Assembly: GCF_002113885.1 (NCBI RefSeq)
Contig: NW_018404269.1
Span: 744,028 to 808,027 of the forward strand
Reading direction: 5' to 3'
Source of the DNA: Mizuhopecten yessoensis
Lineage: Eukaryota
Length of the DNA stretch: 64,000 bases
The notes beneath the pieces were generated by a model. It ran no database searches. It was not told the origin of the DNA and worked only from the letters and a program-made list of their open reading frames with translations. Below, piece by piece: positions 44,301 to 56,178 of this stretch (position 1 is its first letter; each line of letters begins with the position of its first letter). Both the position numbers and the translations under genes were made by a program.

Positions 44301-46772
44301 GTTCTGTTGGGGTGAAGATTCCAACAACTCTGACACGATCCGCCGGCTTCGTGACCAGGGTGTGGACGGCATCATATACGACAGGTGGGTTGTGACACAA
44401 GGACTCTCTTAATGTAGGCAACAGTATGTCTACAGGCAAAATGGAATTGTTTGCCCAGTGTACTGTATTTTATAATAAGGCTAAACAAAATGCATGTTTC
44501 AGGTACCCCGACCAAAGGTGCCAAAAATTATAAGCATCTTTATGACACCTTTCCATGTCATGTGCAGCTATCAAAATCTTTAAATCCCTTATTATATATT
44601 CAAAAGACCTAAAAAATGAATGAAAAAATGAATACAATTGGTTTGAATAACTATGTTTGGTGATTTTTGTAATTTCTTCAGTTAGCCAGCCTTCCCCTCA
44701 AACGGCATAATCCCTACATTTAATACAATCTAGTCAGTTCATTAATTACAAGGCAGATCAAGCATAAATAATAAAAGACAAATAAAAATCAACTGGTTTC
44801 TTCATATGGGCTATTGTTAAAATAGCAGTCATTGCAGTTGATTAGGTTGTAAGATGCTTGGGAAGGGGTGTGGTTGATGACTTCTCTAATGTGATCAACA
44901 CATGGAATATCAATACATTGTAGTGGGCCCTTCATCATCTGTAGTTATTACCCAAGGCCTGAAGGGATGTGGTTGATGACTTCTATAATGTGATCATCAC
45001 AAGGAATATCAATACATTGTAATGGGCCCTTCATCATCTATAGTTATTACCCAAGGCCTGAAGGGGGGTGGTTGATGACTTCTCTAATGTGATCATTACA
45101 AGGAATATCAATACATTGTAGTGGGCCCTTCACCATCTACATCTATAGTTATTACCCAAGAGGGTGGTTGGGTGGCTCAGTGTGTTTTGCACTCGCATTT
45201 CACCATGGCAACCGGGGTTTGATTCCCTGATCCGACTTGAAAAAGTACAGGGTCACCTGCCTGACCATGTGGTTTTTCTTCGGGTACTTCGGTTTCTTCT
45301 TGCATTAAGAACCCCCCCATGCTAAAATCTGGGCCAACAAAAGTGATTAANTGTGGTTGATGACTTCTATAATGTGATCATCACAAGTAATATCAATACA
45401 TTGTAATGGGCCCTTCATCATCTATAGTTATTACCCAAGGCCTGAAGGGATGTGGTTGATGACTTCTATAATGTGATCAACACAAGTAATATCAATACAT
45501 TGTAGTGGGCCCTTCATCATCTGTAGTTATTACCCAAGGCCTGAAGGGGTGTGGTTGATGACTTCTGTAATGTGATCAACACAAGTAATATCAATACATT
45601 GAAATGGGCCCTTCATCATCTGTAGTTATTACCCAAGGCCTGAAGGGGGGTGGTTGATGACTTCTGTAATGTGATCAACACAAGTAATATCAATATATTG
45701 TAGTGGGCCCTTCACCATCTACATCTATAGTTATTACCCAAGAGGGTGGTTGGGTGGCTCAGTGTGTTTTGCACTCGCATTTCCCCATGGCAACCGGGGT
45801 TTGATTCCCTGATCCGACGTGAAAAAGTACAGGGTCACCTGCCTGACCATGTGGTTTTTCTTCGGGTACTTCGGTTTCTTCTTGCATTAAGAACCCCCCC
45901 ATGCTAAAATCTGGGCCAACAAAAGTGATTAATATAAGTTGCAATAACTGTTTCATATTTGTTGTTAAATAAATAAAGTTTATGTTTTAGTTATAGCTCT
46001 TTTGGAAATATTTCTCTATATTCAAAATACATAATACTGTCATACTCGTCTGTATCACCAAGGTAAAACTCAACCGCCACTATTTTTGATAATAGAGATG
46101 GTAGTTATAGACAGGTGAAGTGGAACAAGTTCTTTGTATTTCCAAGAAGAATATTGGGATTTCCAGATATACCTTGTAATATGAACACTTGGGGAGAAAA
46201 AATTGCCCAAACCTGATACGGCTGGTTATACTGTTTAATATCTAACCTTAAGATACTTGGTAAACCTTGTGTCTTTCTACAATTTGAAATTTATTCAAGT
46301 TAGATAAATAAAATAATCAACCACCACACAATGGGGAGACTCTGTGGGACAGATAAATATAATATAAAACCTTTCCACAATGGGGAGCCTCTATGGGACA
46401 TTAAATGTAACAATAAACCACCACACAATGGAGAACCTCTATGGGACATTAAATGTAACAATAAACCACCACACAATGGGGAGCCTCTATGGGACATTAA
46501 ATGTAACAAGAAACCACCACACAATGGGGAGCCTCTATGGGACAGATAAATATAATAATCAACCACCATACAATGGGGAGCCTCTATGGGACAGTGTGAC
46601 CGAAACAGGAGTCTGTGTAAAGAGACACGTCTCAACAACTGATCATCGAGTCTGTGGGTATCCCATGTTGATGACCATGTTTTTTTCCAGGTGGATTGTA
46701 CACAAGTTGACGTCCGAGAATGTGTTTGAATTGTCACTGGACAGTTCGCCAATTTCTATGCCCCCCAAGTAG
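32386..46772 (+). CDS. GPCPD1: Glycerophosphocholine phosphodiesterase GPCPD1/GDE5 (CBM20 + GDPD domains), 17 coding exons, ~621 aa
   Basis: Exons 32386-32513, 33102-33256, 33843-33899, 34307-34470, 35003-35071, 36493-36603, 36859-37012, 38059-38194, 38929-38983, 39433-39525, 39990-40061, 40608-40644, 41135-41259, 42529-42659, 43520-43655, 44224-44384, 46691-46772; 1866 nt, phases consistent. CBM20 start [20 protein letters not shown]; GDPD motifs [62 protein letters not shown] splice acceptor at 32299 implies upstream 5'UTR exon(s). Confidence 0.95.
34861..34951. mobile_element. ~90-bp piggyBac-like MITE, copy 1
   Basis: TTAA|CCCTTTCACC...GGTGAAAGGG|TTAA. Confidence 0.8.
35245..35790. repeat. 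60-bp minisatellite (~9 copies) in GPCPD1 intron 5
   Basis: Unit CACCCAATCCTTCCTCACCTCTCCCCACCAAAATACCTTACCCCTAACTACAAACTATCT; almost G-free on the + strand; explains the 227-aa repetitive ORF. Confidence 0.95.
36711..36801. mobile_element. ~90-bp piggyBac-like MITE, copy 2
   Basis: Near-identical to 34861-34951; a more diverged relative lies at ~5545-5630. Confidence 0.75.
37456..37678 (+). mobile_element. tRNA-derived SINE with 10-bp TSD
   Basis: A-box GTGGCCAAGTGG, B-box-like GGTTCAAGGC, central GGTTTTTCTCCGG domain, tail GCTGTTAATAGGACGTAAAACAC(AAAC)n; TCATTTACAT on both sides. Confidence 0.85.
41525..41992 (+). mobile_element. Helentron/HINE-like element
   Basis: TTTAGCCCACCATCATCTGATGGTGGGCTA 5' hairpin, GTCCGTC box, 3' GGTGGGT..AGATCCCTCTGGGATCT hairpin, CTTGTT end. 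Confidence 0.7.
42245..42540 (+). repeat. 47-bp tandem array derived from the GPCPD1 intron 13/exon 14 junction
   Basis: Unit ATAATTTAAG|GATGGGAAGTGGTTTCACGTTTTCTATAATAGCTATC; the final variant ATAATTCAAG|GATGGAGAGTTGG is the real acceptor. Confidence 0.9.
42706..43076 (-). mobile_element. SINE (slightly 5'-truncated) with 11-bp TSD
   Basis: ATTGCCTAAGT at 42695-42705 and 43077-43087; tail GCTGTTAATAGGACGTTAAAC(AAACC)n; B-box-like GGTTCTGTCCC; a related fragment lies at ~9410-9580 (+). Confidence 0.8.
43740..43964. mobile_element. Tc1/mariner-type MITE (TA target)
   Basis: TACTGTGAAATCA...TGATTTCACAGTA; similar TA-CTG..CAG-TA elements at ~11196-11380 and ~47120-47358. Confidence 0.65.
44865..45740. 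repeat. 99-bp tandem repeat interrupted by a SINE copy and a 1-N scaffold join
   Basis: Unit GTGGTTGATGACTTCT..GGGCCCTTCATCATCT..CCCAAGGCCTGAAGGG, period 99 (44870, 44969); N at 45351. Confidence 0.9.
45742..45982 (+). mobile_element. tRNA-derived SINE (partial duplicate at 45161-45350)
   Basis: GTGGCTCAGTG A-box, GGTTTGATTCC B-box, GGTTTTTCTTCGGGTACTTCGGTTTC central domain, AATAAATAAA tail. Confidence 0.7.
46318..46593. repeat. 48-51-bp minisatellite (~6 copies) just upstream of the last GPCPD1 exon
   Basis: Unit CCACACAATGGGGAGCCTCTATGGGACATTAAATGTAACAATAAACCA. Confidence 0.92.
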
Positions 46773-48689
46773 CAGTGGACGCCTGACCAGGGTATAGATC
46801 AAATACAGAGCGTGTGTGGTCAGCTTATATTCTGCTTACAGAGTAGTTGTGGATAGAACCTCTTTGATCACAATTCAGTATTGTAGTCAAATATTTGCCT
46901 TTGTGTCTAACAATTTAGTTTTAATAATTTTCATAAAGCCTGCATGACTATTTTACTAAGCTGACCAGACCGACATGTGCTGCTCCTGCATGTTACCTAT
47001 TGGAGTGATGACCACTAACCTACACAGTGGACCATTGTCATGTGATCAAGAATTGCTGGGCTGTACGATACCTGTTTAATGAAAAAGCTTCTGTCATATG
47101 TCACATAAGTAACCATCATCTGTACAATGGGAAATTTTGCTGCCAATATATTGTATACTTGAAAATGTTCGCCGCAGTTTAACTTTTGCTTATTATGCCC
47201 TCCGTATTATTAATGAGGGCGAATTAATCATAACATTTGTAAACAACATAATATGCAGAGTAATTAAATGTGAAGGGCGAATTTAAAATTAGGTGAAAAT
47301 CGATTTTTCGATCGAAGGGCATTAATTTGACTGGGCAAAAAATTCCCATTGTACAGTATTTGCCCAAAAATAAATCCACCCTTCATGATGTAGTTACTAT
47401 ACATTGTATGCTGTGTTTACTGTCTTGATAAAGACATCCTCATTACTATAGTTGTCAGATTAATATACAGGCACTTCAAATTCTCAGTCGAAGACTTCCT
47501 TTATTCTGTAGAAAATGTACCAAAATTGTATTTGAATTACAGCAAATATTTCCCGGCATACAGGATCTCACTTCCCTTATATATATATATAAATTTTCAG
47601 GGTTTAGCCTGAATTTTAATTAAAACACTGCCCAGCTTTTACTTGAACTGTGACAAGTACCACTTGTGTGGAATTTCTATTGTGAAGTGTTTTTTTTTGT
47701 AATTGCTGTGCGTCAATAACATTAACTTGTGTGACACTATTGAATATTTTCTTGCGGAGGACATGCTCATTATTAACATGTGTGGCGCCATTTTAAGTTT
47801 TCTTAAGGAGGACTTACTCATTTCTTTCCTGCTCTTCCATAACATGAAGAAATGATAAAGAACTTAACAAAGCTGGCTATTAGACAAATCCATATATATA
47901 TATATATATCTGCTGTCTTGCAATAGGTGTGTGTGTACACTTACTGTATAAGTATTTAGGTATTTTAACATTGGTACACTGAGTCAAACCTCATTATCTG
48001 GAACTCTTATAACTTGAAGACCCTGTTTAACTCTAAATGTTTCTTCAAGTCTGGCCAAAAGTCTTCTGTATCTTAGTGATTAAAACTTTGATGGTTCAAA
48101 CTCTGAAAACTTGGATATCCTGAAGTGAAATATTTATTCTAACAGCATAAATCCTTCATCGAAGTATCACTTATCTCAAATTTGTAACAATTTTCTCCTG
48201 TCCGTCTTATAGTCTTTAATACTTATTTGACGTAAAAAGCTACGGTAATTCGTCGTTCAATATTTTCCAACATGTTAGAGAGTATCAATATAAAACACCT
48301 GCCATTATACTGCATGAAAATCTACACCAAGTTTATTGAGTGTCCTCACATCTTTGTGTACACTATGGCTGTAATAACATTGGATCTATATATACCTGCA
48401 TGTTTAATAGGGCATTTATTGGTTTAAAAATCAGAGATGCTCTCCTGTGTACTCATGTATAATATATATACAGATCTGATATCATGCTGTATCGTTTTTG
48501 TTCAGTGTGTAATAATACATGTGCAATTGCCGTGTTGAATTTGTGGTTTTGAAATTTAAGTGTTTAAGTTTAATAGACATGTTTGTTGCGTGTTGAATTT
48601 GCACATTCATACCCATATTTAATGCACAAGCTGCAAAAACAATTGCCACAGAAATAATCACAAATATAGTATGCTACATAAAGCTATGC

Positions 48690-49465
48690 TTATTATCCCC
48701 CGCTTTCACCGAAACAGAGGATATTAATTTGGGTTTGTCCGTCTGTCTATCTGTCTAGTCTGTCTGTCTGTCACGCTTCGTTTCCATGCAATTACTACAA
48801 CAAATGTTAACCGATTTTCTTAAAACTTGGTCACAGGGTTAAATGCCTTAAGGGCTTGGCCAAGTTCGATGACCACTTTCAATGGACCCCATTTGGTGGA
48901 GTTATGGCCCATTAAATAACGAAAAACGTCATTATCTGCCACGCTTCTTTTCCATGCAATTACTACAACAAATATTAACCAATTATCTTGAAACTTGGTC
49001 ACAGAGTTAAATGCCTTAAGGGCTCAGCCCAGTTCGATGACCACTTTCAGCGGACCCCATTTAGTGGAGTTATGGCCCCTCAAATAACGAAAAACGTCAT
49101 TATCTGCCGCGCTTCATTTCCGTGCAATAGCTACAACAAATAATAAATGATTTTTCTTCAAACTTAGTCACAGGGTTGAATGCCTTTAGGGGTCGACCAA
49201 GTTCGATGACCACTTTTAGGGGACCCCATTTGGTGGAGTTTATTATGGCCCCTTGAAAAATGAAAAACGTCATTTTCTGCCTTTTCTGTTCCTGAACTAC
49301 AACAAATATTATCTGGTTGTCTTCAAACTTAGTAACAGGGTTCAACTTATTAAGGGCTCCATTTGGCAGAGTTATGGCCCCTTGATTAACGAAAAACTTC
49401 ATTATCTGCAGTTTCTGCTTAATAACTCTAGCAAATATTAGCCAAAATCCTTCAAACTTGATAAC
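48690..49465 (+). mobile_element. Helentron/HINE-like element with ~168-bp internal tandem repeats
   Basis: TTATTATCCCCCG start, (GTCT)n box, ~4 units containing AAACTTGGTCACAG..AGTTCGATGACCAC..GAGTTATGGCCC. Confidence 0.75.
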
Positions 49466-49584
49466 AATGTTTGTGTTCCTCTGCCTTTCCACCCATCTCG
49501 GGCACTTTTTGGTTTTCATGTGATAATTGCTGTAGATATTGTTCAGATGTTTCAACCGAATTCCATATGCACATATCCGACTCA

Positions 49585-50194
49585 TGCTAAGTTTGCCAAC
49601 CGATGTGATTTAATTGTTCCCACGGCTTCCAAGAAAAATCCAGAACGCCAATCTGCTCGCAGTGGAATCACAAGCATTTCCGTGGCAACACAGTGGCATT
49701 GCCAGTGAACGCGGTTGGATCGCATAGAACACCGAGCGACGGCGCACACTTTGAGTATGTCCAAAACAAACGCCGTCGCTCGGCGTTCTGATAAGAGCGC
49801 AGTGGGATCGCCATGACATCGCCGTAGCAGCGCAGTTAGGTCTCCTACAACGCCACAGGAGCGCCGCGGGTGCGCACAGAGGTTGCAGTGCGTACGCAAT
49901 GGTTATCGTTGGCGCTTGCAAGGCGATCGTATGGCGTTCTCTGAGATGACACTGCGTCTCTACCGCGCTTATACGGTGCCATGACAACTCGATGCACACA
50001 GTGGAAGCGCCATGAGAGCGCAGAAAATCGCCAACTAGATCTCCGTAGGAATGCGATAGAACGCCATGGAGCTTCGTTGAAACGCCAAGGTCGCCGTGGC
50101 ATTGCCATCTTCGTGAAAAAATATCACGGCGCCCTCGGAAATTTCACAACGCCGTGCAATCGCAGTGGCAATGCGGCTAGGTGTGAAAGGGGGT
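49585..50194. mobile_element. GC/CpG-rich non-autonomous DNA transposon fragment (possibly PIF/Harbinger-like)
   Basis: Abrupt GC-rich island ending CTAGGTGTGAAAGGGGGT|TAA; the left terminus was not found. Confidence 0.5.
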
Positions 50195-50517
50195 TAACAA
50201 TACTTTGCAACATCATCTTACATTGTGATGTCATAGTTCGAATTCATGGCAATTGTTTCCTCAGTTGAAAAAACATATTCCCAAGAAAAACATATTGTGT
50301 TCTAGATATACTGCCTGAACGTTATGGGATAAAAAGGTCCCCAAATTTGTAAAGGTTAATTATCATGTTTATTTAACTCTCGTTTGTTAATTTACAAATT
50401 GTAAAAGACACTCGGTAAACGTTATGTCATTATCCAATTTGAAAACTAAACAGAGATAGACAAGCATGATAACTTACCATTACTTGTTGGAGAACCTCCA
50501 TAAATATATCTATAATG

Positions 50518-51440
50518 TAACACAAACGGGGTGTGAAGTTTAACACAAACTTTGGGTGTGTAGTTCTATACAAGTTGTGGATGTGTAGTTCAACAGAACC
50601 TTTAGGTTGGTAGTTTAACAAGTTTAACACAAACTTTGGGTGTGTGACTAGTTCTATACAAGTTGTGGATGTGTAGTTCAACAGAACCTTTGGGAGTGTA
50701 GTTTAACACAAACTTTTGGTGTGTAGTTAAACACAAACTTTGGGTGTGTAGTTTAACACAAACTTTGGGTGTGTTAGTTCTATACAAGTTGTGGATGTGT
50801 AGTTCAACAGAACCTTTGGGTGTGTAATTTTAACACAAACTTTTGGTGTGTAATTTTAACACAAACTTTGGGTGTGTAGTTTAACACAAACTTTGGGTGT
50901 GCAGTTTAACACAAACTTTTGGTGTGTAGTTAAACACAAACTTTGGGTGTGTAGTTTAACACAAACTTTTGGTGTGCAGTTTAACACAAACTTTTGGTGT
51001 GTAGTTTAACACAAACTTTGGGAGTGCAGTTTAACACTAACTTTTGGTGTGTAGTTTAACACAAACTGTACTGTGGGTGTGTAGTTTAACACAAACTTTG
51101 GGAGTGCAGTTTAACACAAACTTTTGGTGTGTAAGTTTAACTCAAACTTTTGGTGTGTAGTTTAACACAAACTTTGGGTGTGCAGTTTAACACAAACTTT
51201 TGGTGTGTAGTTTAACACAAACTTTGGGTGTGCAGTTTAACACAAACTTTTGGTGTGTAGTTTAACACAAACTTTGGGTGTGTAGTTTAACAAAAGCTAT
51301 GGGTGTGTAATTTTAACACAAACTGTGGGTGTGTAGTTTTAATTCACAAACTTTGGGTGTGTATACGTAGTTTAACAAAAACTTAATTTTGGGTGTGTAA
51401 TTTTAGTACAAACTATGGATGTGTAGTTTAACATAAATTG
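50518..51440. repeat. 25-bp minisatellite (~30 copies, longer composite units on the left)
   Basis: Unit GTTTAACACAAACTTT(G/T)GGTGTGTA. Confidence 0.95.
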
Positions 51441-52744
51441 TCTTTGTAGTACAACAATTCACGCATGCTTAGCTGTTTTTGATTTTTATATTTTGCTTAT
51501 ATTTTTTTTGGTAGTGACAGTAATTTGCTATACAAGATTACTATATAGATAACATTGCTTGTAATTACTGCTTCAAATCCTTTGCGATTACAGGGACTAA
51601 AAATGCCTGCAAGCACAGCACATAAAAAATTATACTGTTTACAAATGTAGACTGATATAACGAGCTACACATGTTTTGGCCTAGGACAACATGTACAGTT
51701 TGGATGAGTCTTAGCTAAATTTAAGTTGACCAAATCCTGTCAGCATACTTCTTTACAATTTGTTCAATATAGACAATAGAAATCTTTATGGCATTTTAAT
51801 AGATAAGGGGTATACATTTTTGTTTTGTTTTACATTGTATAATTTTTGCATTTGATAATAATTGCTGTTTTAGTGTACATGTGTATTTGTATTTTGTATT
51901 ACCAGATGACGTGATGCATGCTGCCTCTTAAATATATATTTAGATATGCATGTACTGAGAACTACAAAACATGTATACTGCATGTGAATGTAATTAATAG
52001 TAATCTTAAAGATACCAAATGATGCTTTAAATACATTGTAAAGTCATATTTATATGATTATCAAAGTTAATTTTAAATCTGTTTATTAGAATTGATATGT
52101 TACAAAATAAATACTTGCGGCCATGGATCGGACAACCATTTATAACGTTGACAACTTTTAGTGTCGTCTGAGAGTACCTGCAGATACTTTAATTTACGAT
52201 TGATTGTTTTTGACAGATTGGACCTGCATAGACCTGTATCATATATACTTCAAGGCAAGTAAAAATGGACTGTAACATACATACTACTTGTACAATCAAA
52301 GAACGACATGCAGAAGCAGGGACATACAATGATTCATTGAAAGACAGGTGACCATACCGGTGAAAAATGGACAGGTGAAAAAGGTGTGACGTGGATTTAA
52401 AAGCACCGATTGACACTTCAATCTTGGAAGTAAATTATTCCCAATTTCACAAATTTTGCTTGGTGTACAAACACTAGATGTTATATGAGTTCATAAGTGA
52501 TGATTTGTAGGTGAGAATGAAATGCGAAATGTATACAACAGGTACAATCTAAAATGTATAATCTAAACTGTTGTGTTCTGATTAAGGATGACATCAGACA
52601 TGGAGTGTTTTTAGTTTATTGGTTTGAGGGAGATGCTTTATTTGTCTCATTACAGCTACAGGTTTCTTACTTCGAAGAATTTGTTTTCCCAAAAAATGTC
52701 AAATTCAACAAAAGCAAGAGTGAGTAGTGAAAGACCACTCCTAG

Positions 52745-53740
52745 CTAGTGAACCAATATTAGGCAAAACAGGTATAACAGACCAAGTTCAGATAAAGCAG
52801 ACCAACTCCCTGTGAACCAAGTTCAGATAAAACAGACCAAACCCCTGTGAACCAAGTTCAGATAAAACGGATAACCTCCCTGTGAACCAAGTTCAGATAA
52901 AGCAGACCAACTCCCTGTGAACAAAGTTCAGATATAACAGACCAACTCCCTGTGAACCAAGTTCAGATAAAACGGATAACCTCCCTGTGAACCAAGTTCA
53001 GATAAAGCAGACCAACTCCCTGTGAACCAAGTTCAGATAAAACAGATAAGCTCCCTGTGAACCAAGTTCAGATAAAGCAGATCAACTCCCTGTGAACCAA
53101 GTTCAGATAAAACAGGCCATTTTCAGAATAACCAAGTTCAGATTAAACAGTCCAATCTAAGTCAACAAAGTTCAGATAAAATATGCCACTCCCTGTGAAC
53201 CAAGTTCAGATATAAGGGACCAACTTCATGTGAACTAATATTAGATAAAACAGACCATTCCTAGTGAACCAAGTTCAGATATAACAGACAGCTCCCAGTG
53301 AACTAATATTAGATAAAACAGGCCAACTCCTAGTGAACCAAGTTCAGATAAAACAGGCCAACTCCTAGTGAACCAAGTTCAGATAAAACAGGCCAACTCC
53401 CTGTGAACTAAGTTCAGATAAAACAGACCAACTCCCTGTGAACTAAGTTCAGATAAAACAGGCCAACTCCCTGTGAATTAAGTTCAGATAAAACAGTCCA
53501 ACTCCCTGTGAATTAAGTTCAGATAAAACAGACCAACTCCCTTTGAACTAAGTTCAGATAAAACAGACCAACTCCCTTTGAACTAAGTTAAGATAAAACA
53601 GGCCATTTTCAGAATAACCAAGTTAAGATTAAAAAGACCACTCTTAGTCAACAAAGCTCAGATAAAACAGGCCAACTCCCTGTGAACCAAGTTCATATGA
53701 AACAGGCCATTTTCTACTTATCTAACCAGGTTCAGACAAA
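52745..53740. repeat. 35-bp minisatellite (~27 copies)
   Basis: Unit GAACCAAGTTCAGATAAAACAGACCAACTCCCTGT (period 35: 52814, 52849). Confidence 0.95.
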
Positions 53741-56178
53741 ATGGGTGATTCTCAAAGTCTTGTATTTAGAAGTGAAGGTATAGCGGTTCTGTGTTTCAGG
53801 ACCTAATGCCTGTCTTCTAGAACTTCAGAGCTGATACCTTAATATTAATGGCGGGTTCCCCAATATTATTTTCTGGATCAAAAAGGTTGTCAATATAACA
53901 TTTGTCAAGTAACTTAAAGTAGAAGTTATAAAATAAGAAACTTTTATCTCAGATTTATTTCCTAACTGCAATTGATATACTCTGTTGACGCGCTCAAGGT
54001 ACTGTTAACCGGCAATGTGGCATCATATTCCAGAAAAGTGTCAATATTTATGTAGGTAGAGTTTCTTTGGTTTTTGTTTGAATGGTTTTTGTTTGAAAAC
54101 GGAGCATATAACCTCATCTGGGTAGGCTTCATGAGCTCCTCTGGTCTATTGCCGATCTCACTTTGGTTGTCTGTATCTGTCTCACTTCTGTTGCTGTCCG
54201 TGTCATTTTGTAGATGTATGGTGAAATTTTCTACATTAATGATTTCATTTTGGTGTAGACCATCACATCTTGTGAACTCTTTCCAATGGGAACCTTTATA
54301 TTGATTGTTTTACTCAGGATTTCTTTTGTTTTGAGCAAATGCAGTTTCATCTTTCTGAATGGTAGGAAACAATTTGATTAGGTACATATGTAATCCTCTT
54401 GCAGAGGTAAAATTCATGGATACTTCATCTTACTACACTGTCAAATTTGTCCATTTATGCATGGTATTTTTAAGTGATTGGGCTGGGTTTTCCAGTATGC
54501 TTTTTTGAATAGTTTTACTGTTATGTACCTGGTAAGCTAATAGTATTATGGATGATTGGTTCCAGGAGAATATACTGTAATCAATACACCGGAATACAAA
54601 TTTACGGGTAGGAACACCTGACAACGGTATAGAACTACCTGATAAGAATGTTTCATGCAAAGTTCAATGCCACAGTCTTACTACCCCGGGTAAATACTTT
54701 TGAAAGCTAACTGGATCGTAATGATAACATGACATCTACTAATGAAGCGAACAAAGCAATTTATTAGATCTCAAAAATGAGATGAAATTATTAATTTTGC
54801 TTTTCTGCATTAACTAGATAAATCCATAATTACATTAAATTTTCATTTATATATGAAGCAAAAAAAGCTAAATAATATAGGGAACCCATCTTTAAACAGT
54901 TAAGCGTTCTGTGTATATTCCAGTATGATCGGAGAGTCCTGATACTTTGTTTTTATTCCAGTGTGATCTATATTTGTTAGTGATGTATAGGCTAGCTTTT
55001 ATTCTATGTGTTTATGTGTGTATCTTACAGTCTTATTGTATTCGAGTCTATTTAATTTGTGTTTAGTTTTGTGATACAGTATTGTTATTTATACAGAAAA
55101 TGAATCTCCATAGAAATATGTACTATACCTACTGATGGCAAAGTCATACAATATACATATCTTTTTACACATATATATATATATATATAAACAAAATGGC
55201 AATCATAAAATATTAAAATTGAGTAGAGTTTAACTGTGTGGCAAAGTTTATCGTTAGCTCTTGATGGTCATATGGATTTTTTTTGACAAGACAACAACAT
55301 GCTTAACTAATTGTTCTTCGGTAGTGTGATATCAAACCTTCCGAGAAAAACCTACACATATTCTGAAGGTGTAGATTCATGATGAAAGTGGGGGAAGTTC
55401 ATGATATATCTGTTCACTTTTATCCTTTGACATTCACACGTATGTTTTAGGAATTGTTATAAATTTATGTGCATGAGTGAAAAAAGGACCTTTTCTTGAT
55501 ACATGGTTATTTGTCTTTGTCACAAATCTTTGAAAACTGCATTTTTAGCTCTGCCTAAAACTTTGGCATATATAGTTCCGGTCAAAGTACGTTCTTTTAT
55601 CACAAAATATATATAACTTCCGTGCTGCACCACCTGAACTTTTTCAACCAGGATATGTAAAAGCAACATAAATATAATATATACTTTAAAAAGATTTGTA
55701 TATACCGATCTTTTTGGAGAAAAGTTTCATCAACTCTTTCAAATAAATAAGAATTGAAATAGTTTAGACAGAACTCCCGGAGATATCAGTACAGAATATG
55801 TGTGTACCAGGTACTTCAGATACATTGTACCATTGATTACAAGCTGCCAAGCAGGGATACTTTTGATTTCAGACATGAAAGATAAAATGATTGATGGTAT
55901 AATCTATACACTACATACCTACCCGGTATATGATAGGGTGACCAAGTTTACAAGGATTTTTAAGATCAATTTTGTTTATATACATAAATAGGCACCATTC
56001 TTAATGGCTTAGGTTTCCTTAATGGCTTAGGTTTCCTTAATGGCTTAGGTTTTGTTTCCCAGTTAAAAACTAGTCACTTCTTGTGAATGCATTTTAAATA
56101 GAATTTTTAACAGTTTTGATATATACATGTAATGAGTTATCCTCAATTCTGCATTTATAAAATTTACTTTCTTGTTGG

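Noticed and set aside
46300-46772. Repetitive ORFs on both strands near the GPCPD1 end
   Set aside because: Produced by the 48-bp minisatellite; only 46691-46772 is supported as coding.
49100-49585. 161-aa minus-strand ORF
   Set aside because: Reads through the internal tandem units of a non-autonomous element; no transposase or Rep/Hel motifs.
49520-50268. Cluster of overlapping ORFs on both strands
   Set aside because: Explained by the high GC of a transposon fragment; no recognisable domain.
50518-53740. CRISPR-like appearance of the 25- and 35-bp arrays
   Set aside because: Head-to-tail repeats without unique spacers, no cas genes, eukaryotic context.
56000-56052. Small local duplications (18-bp x3 here; also ~22787-22827, ~59133-59192, ~2339-2362)
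   Set aside because: Ordinary slippage duplications with no link to any feature.
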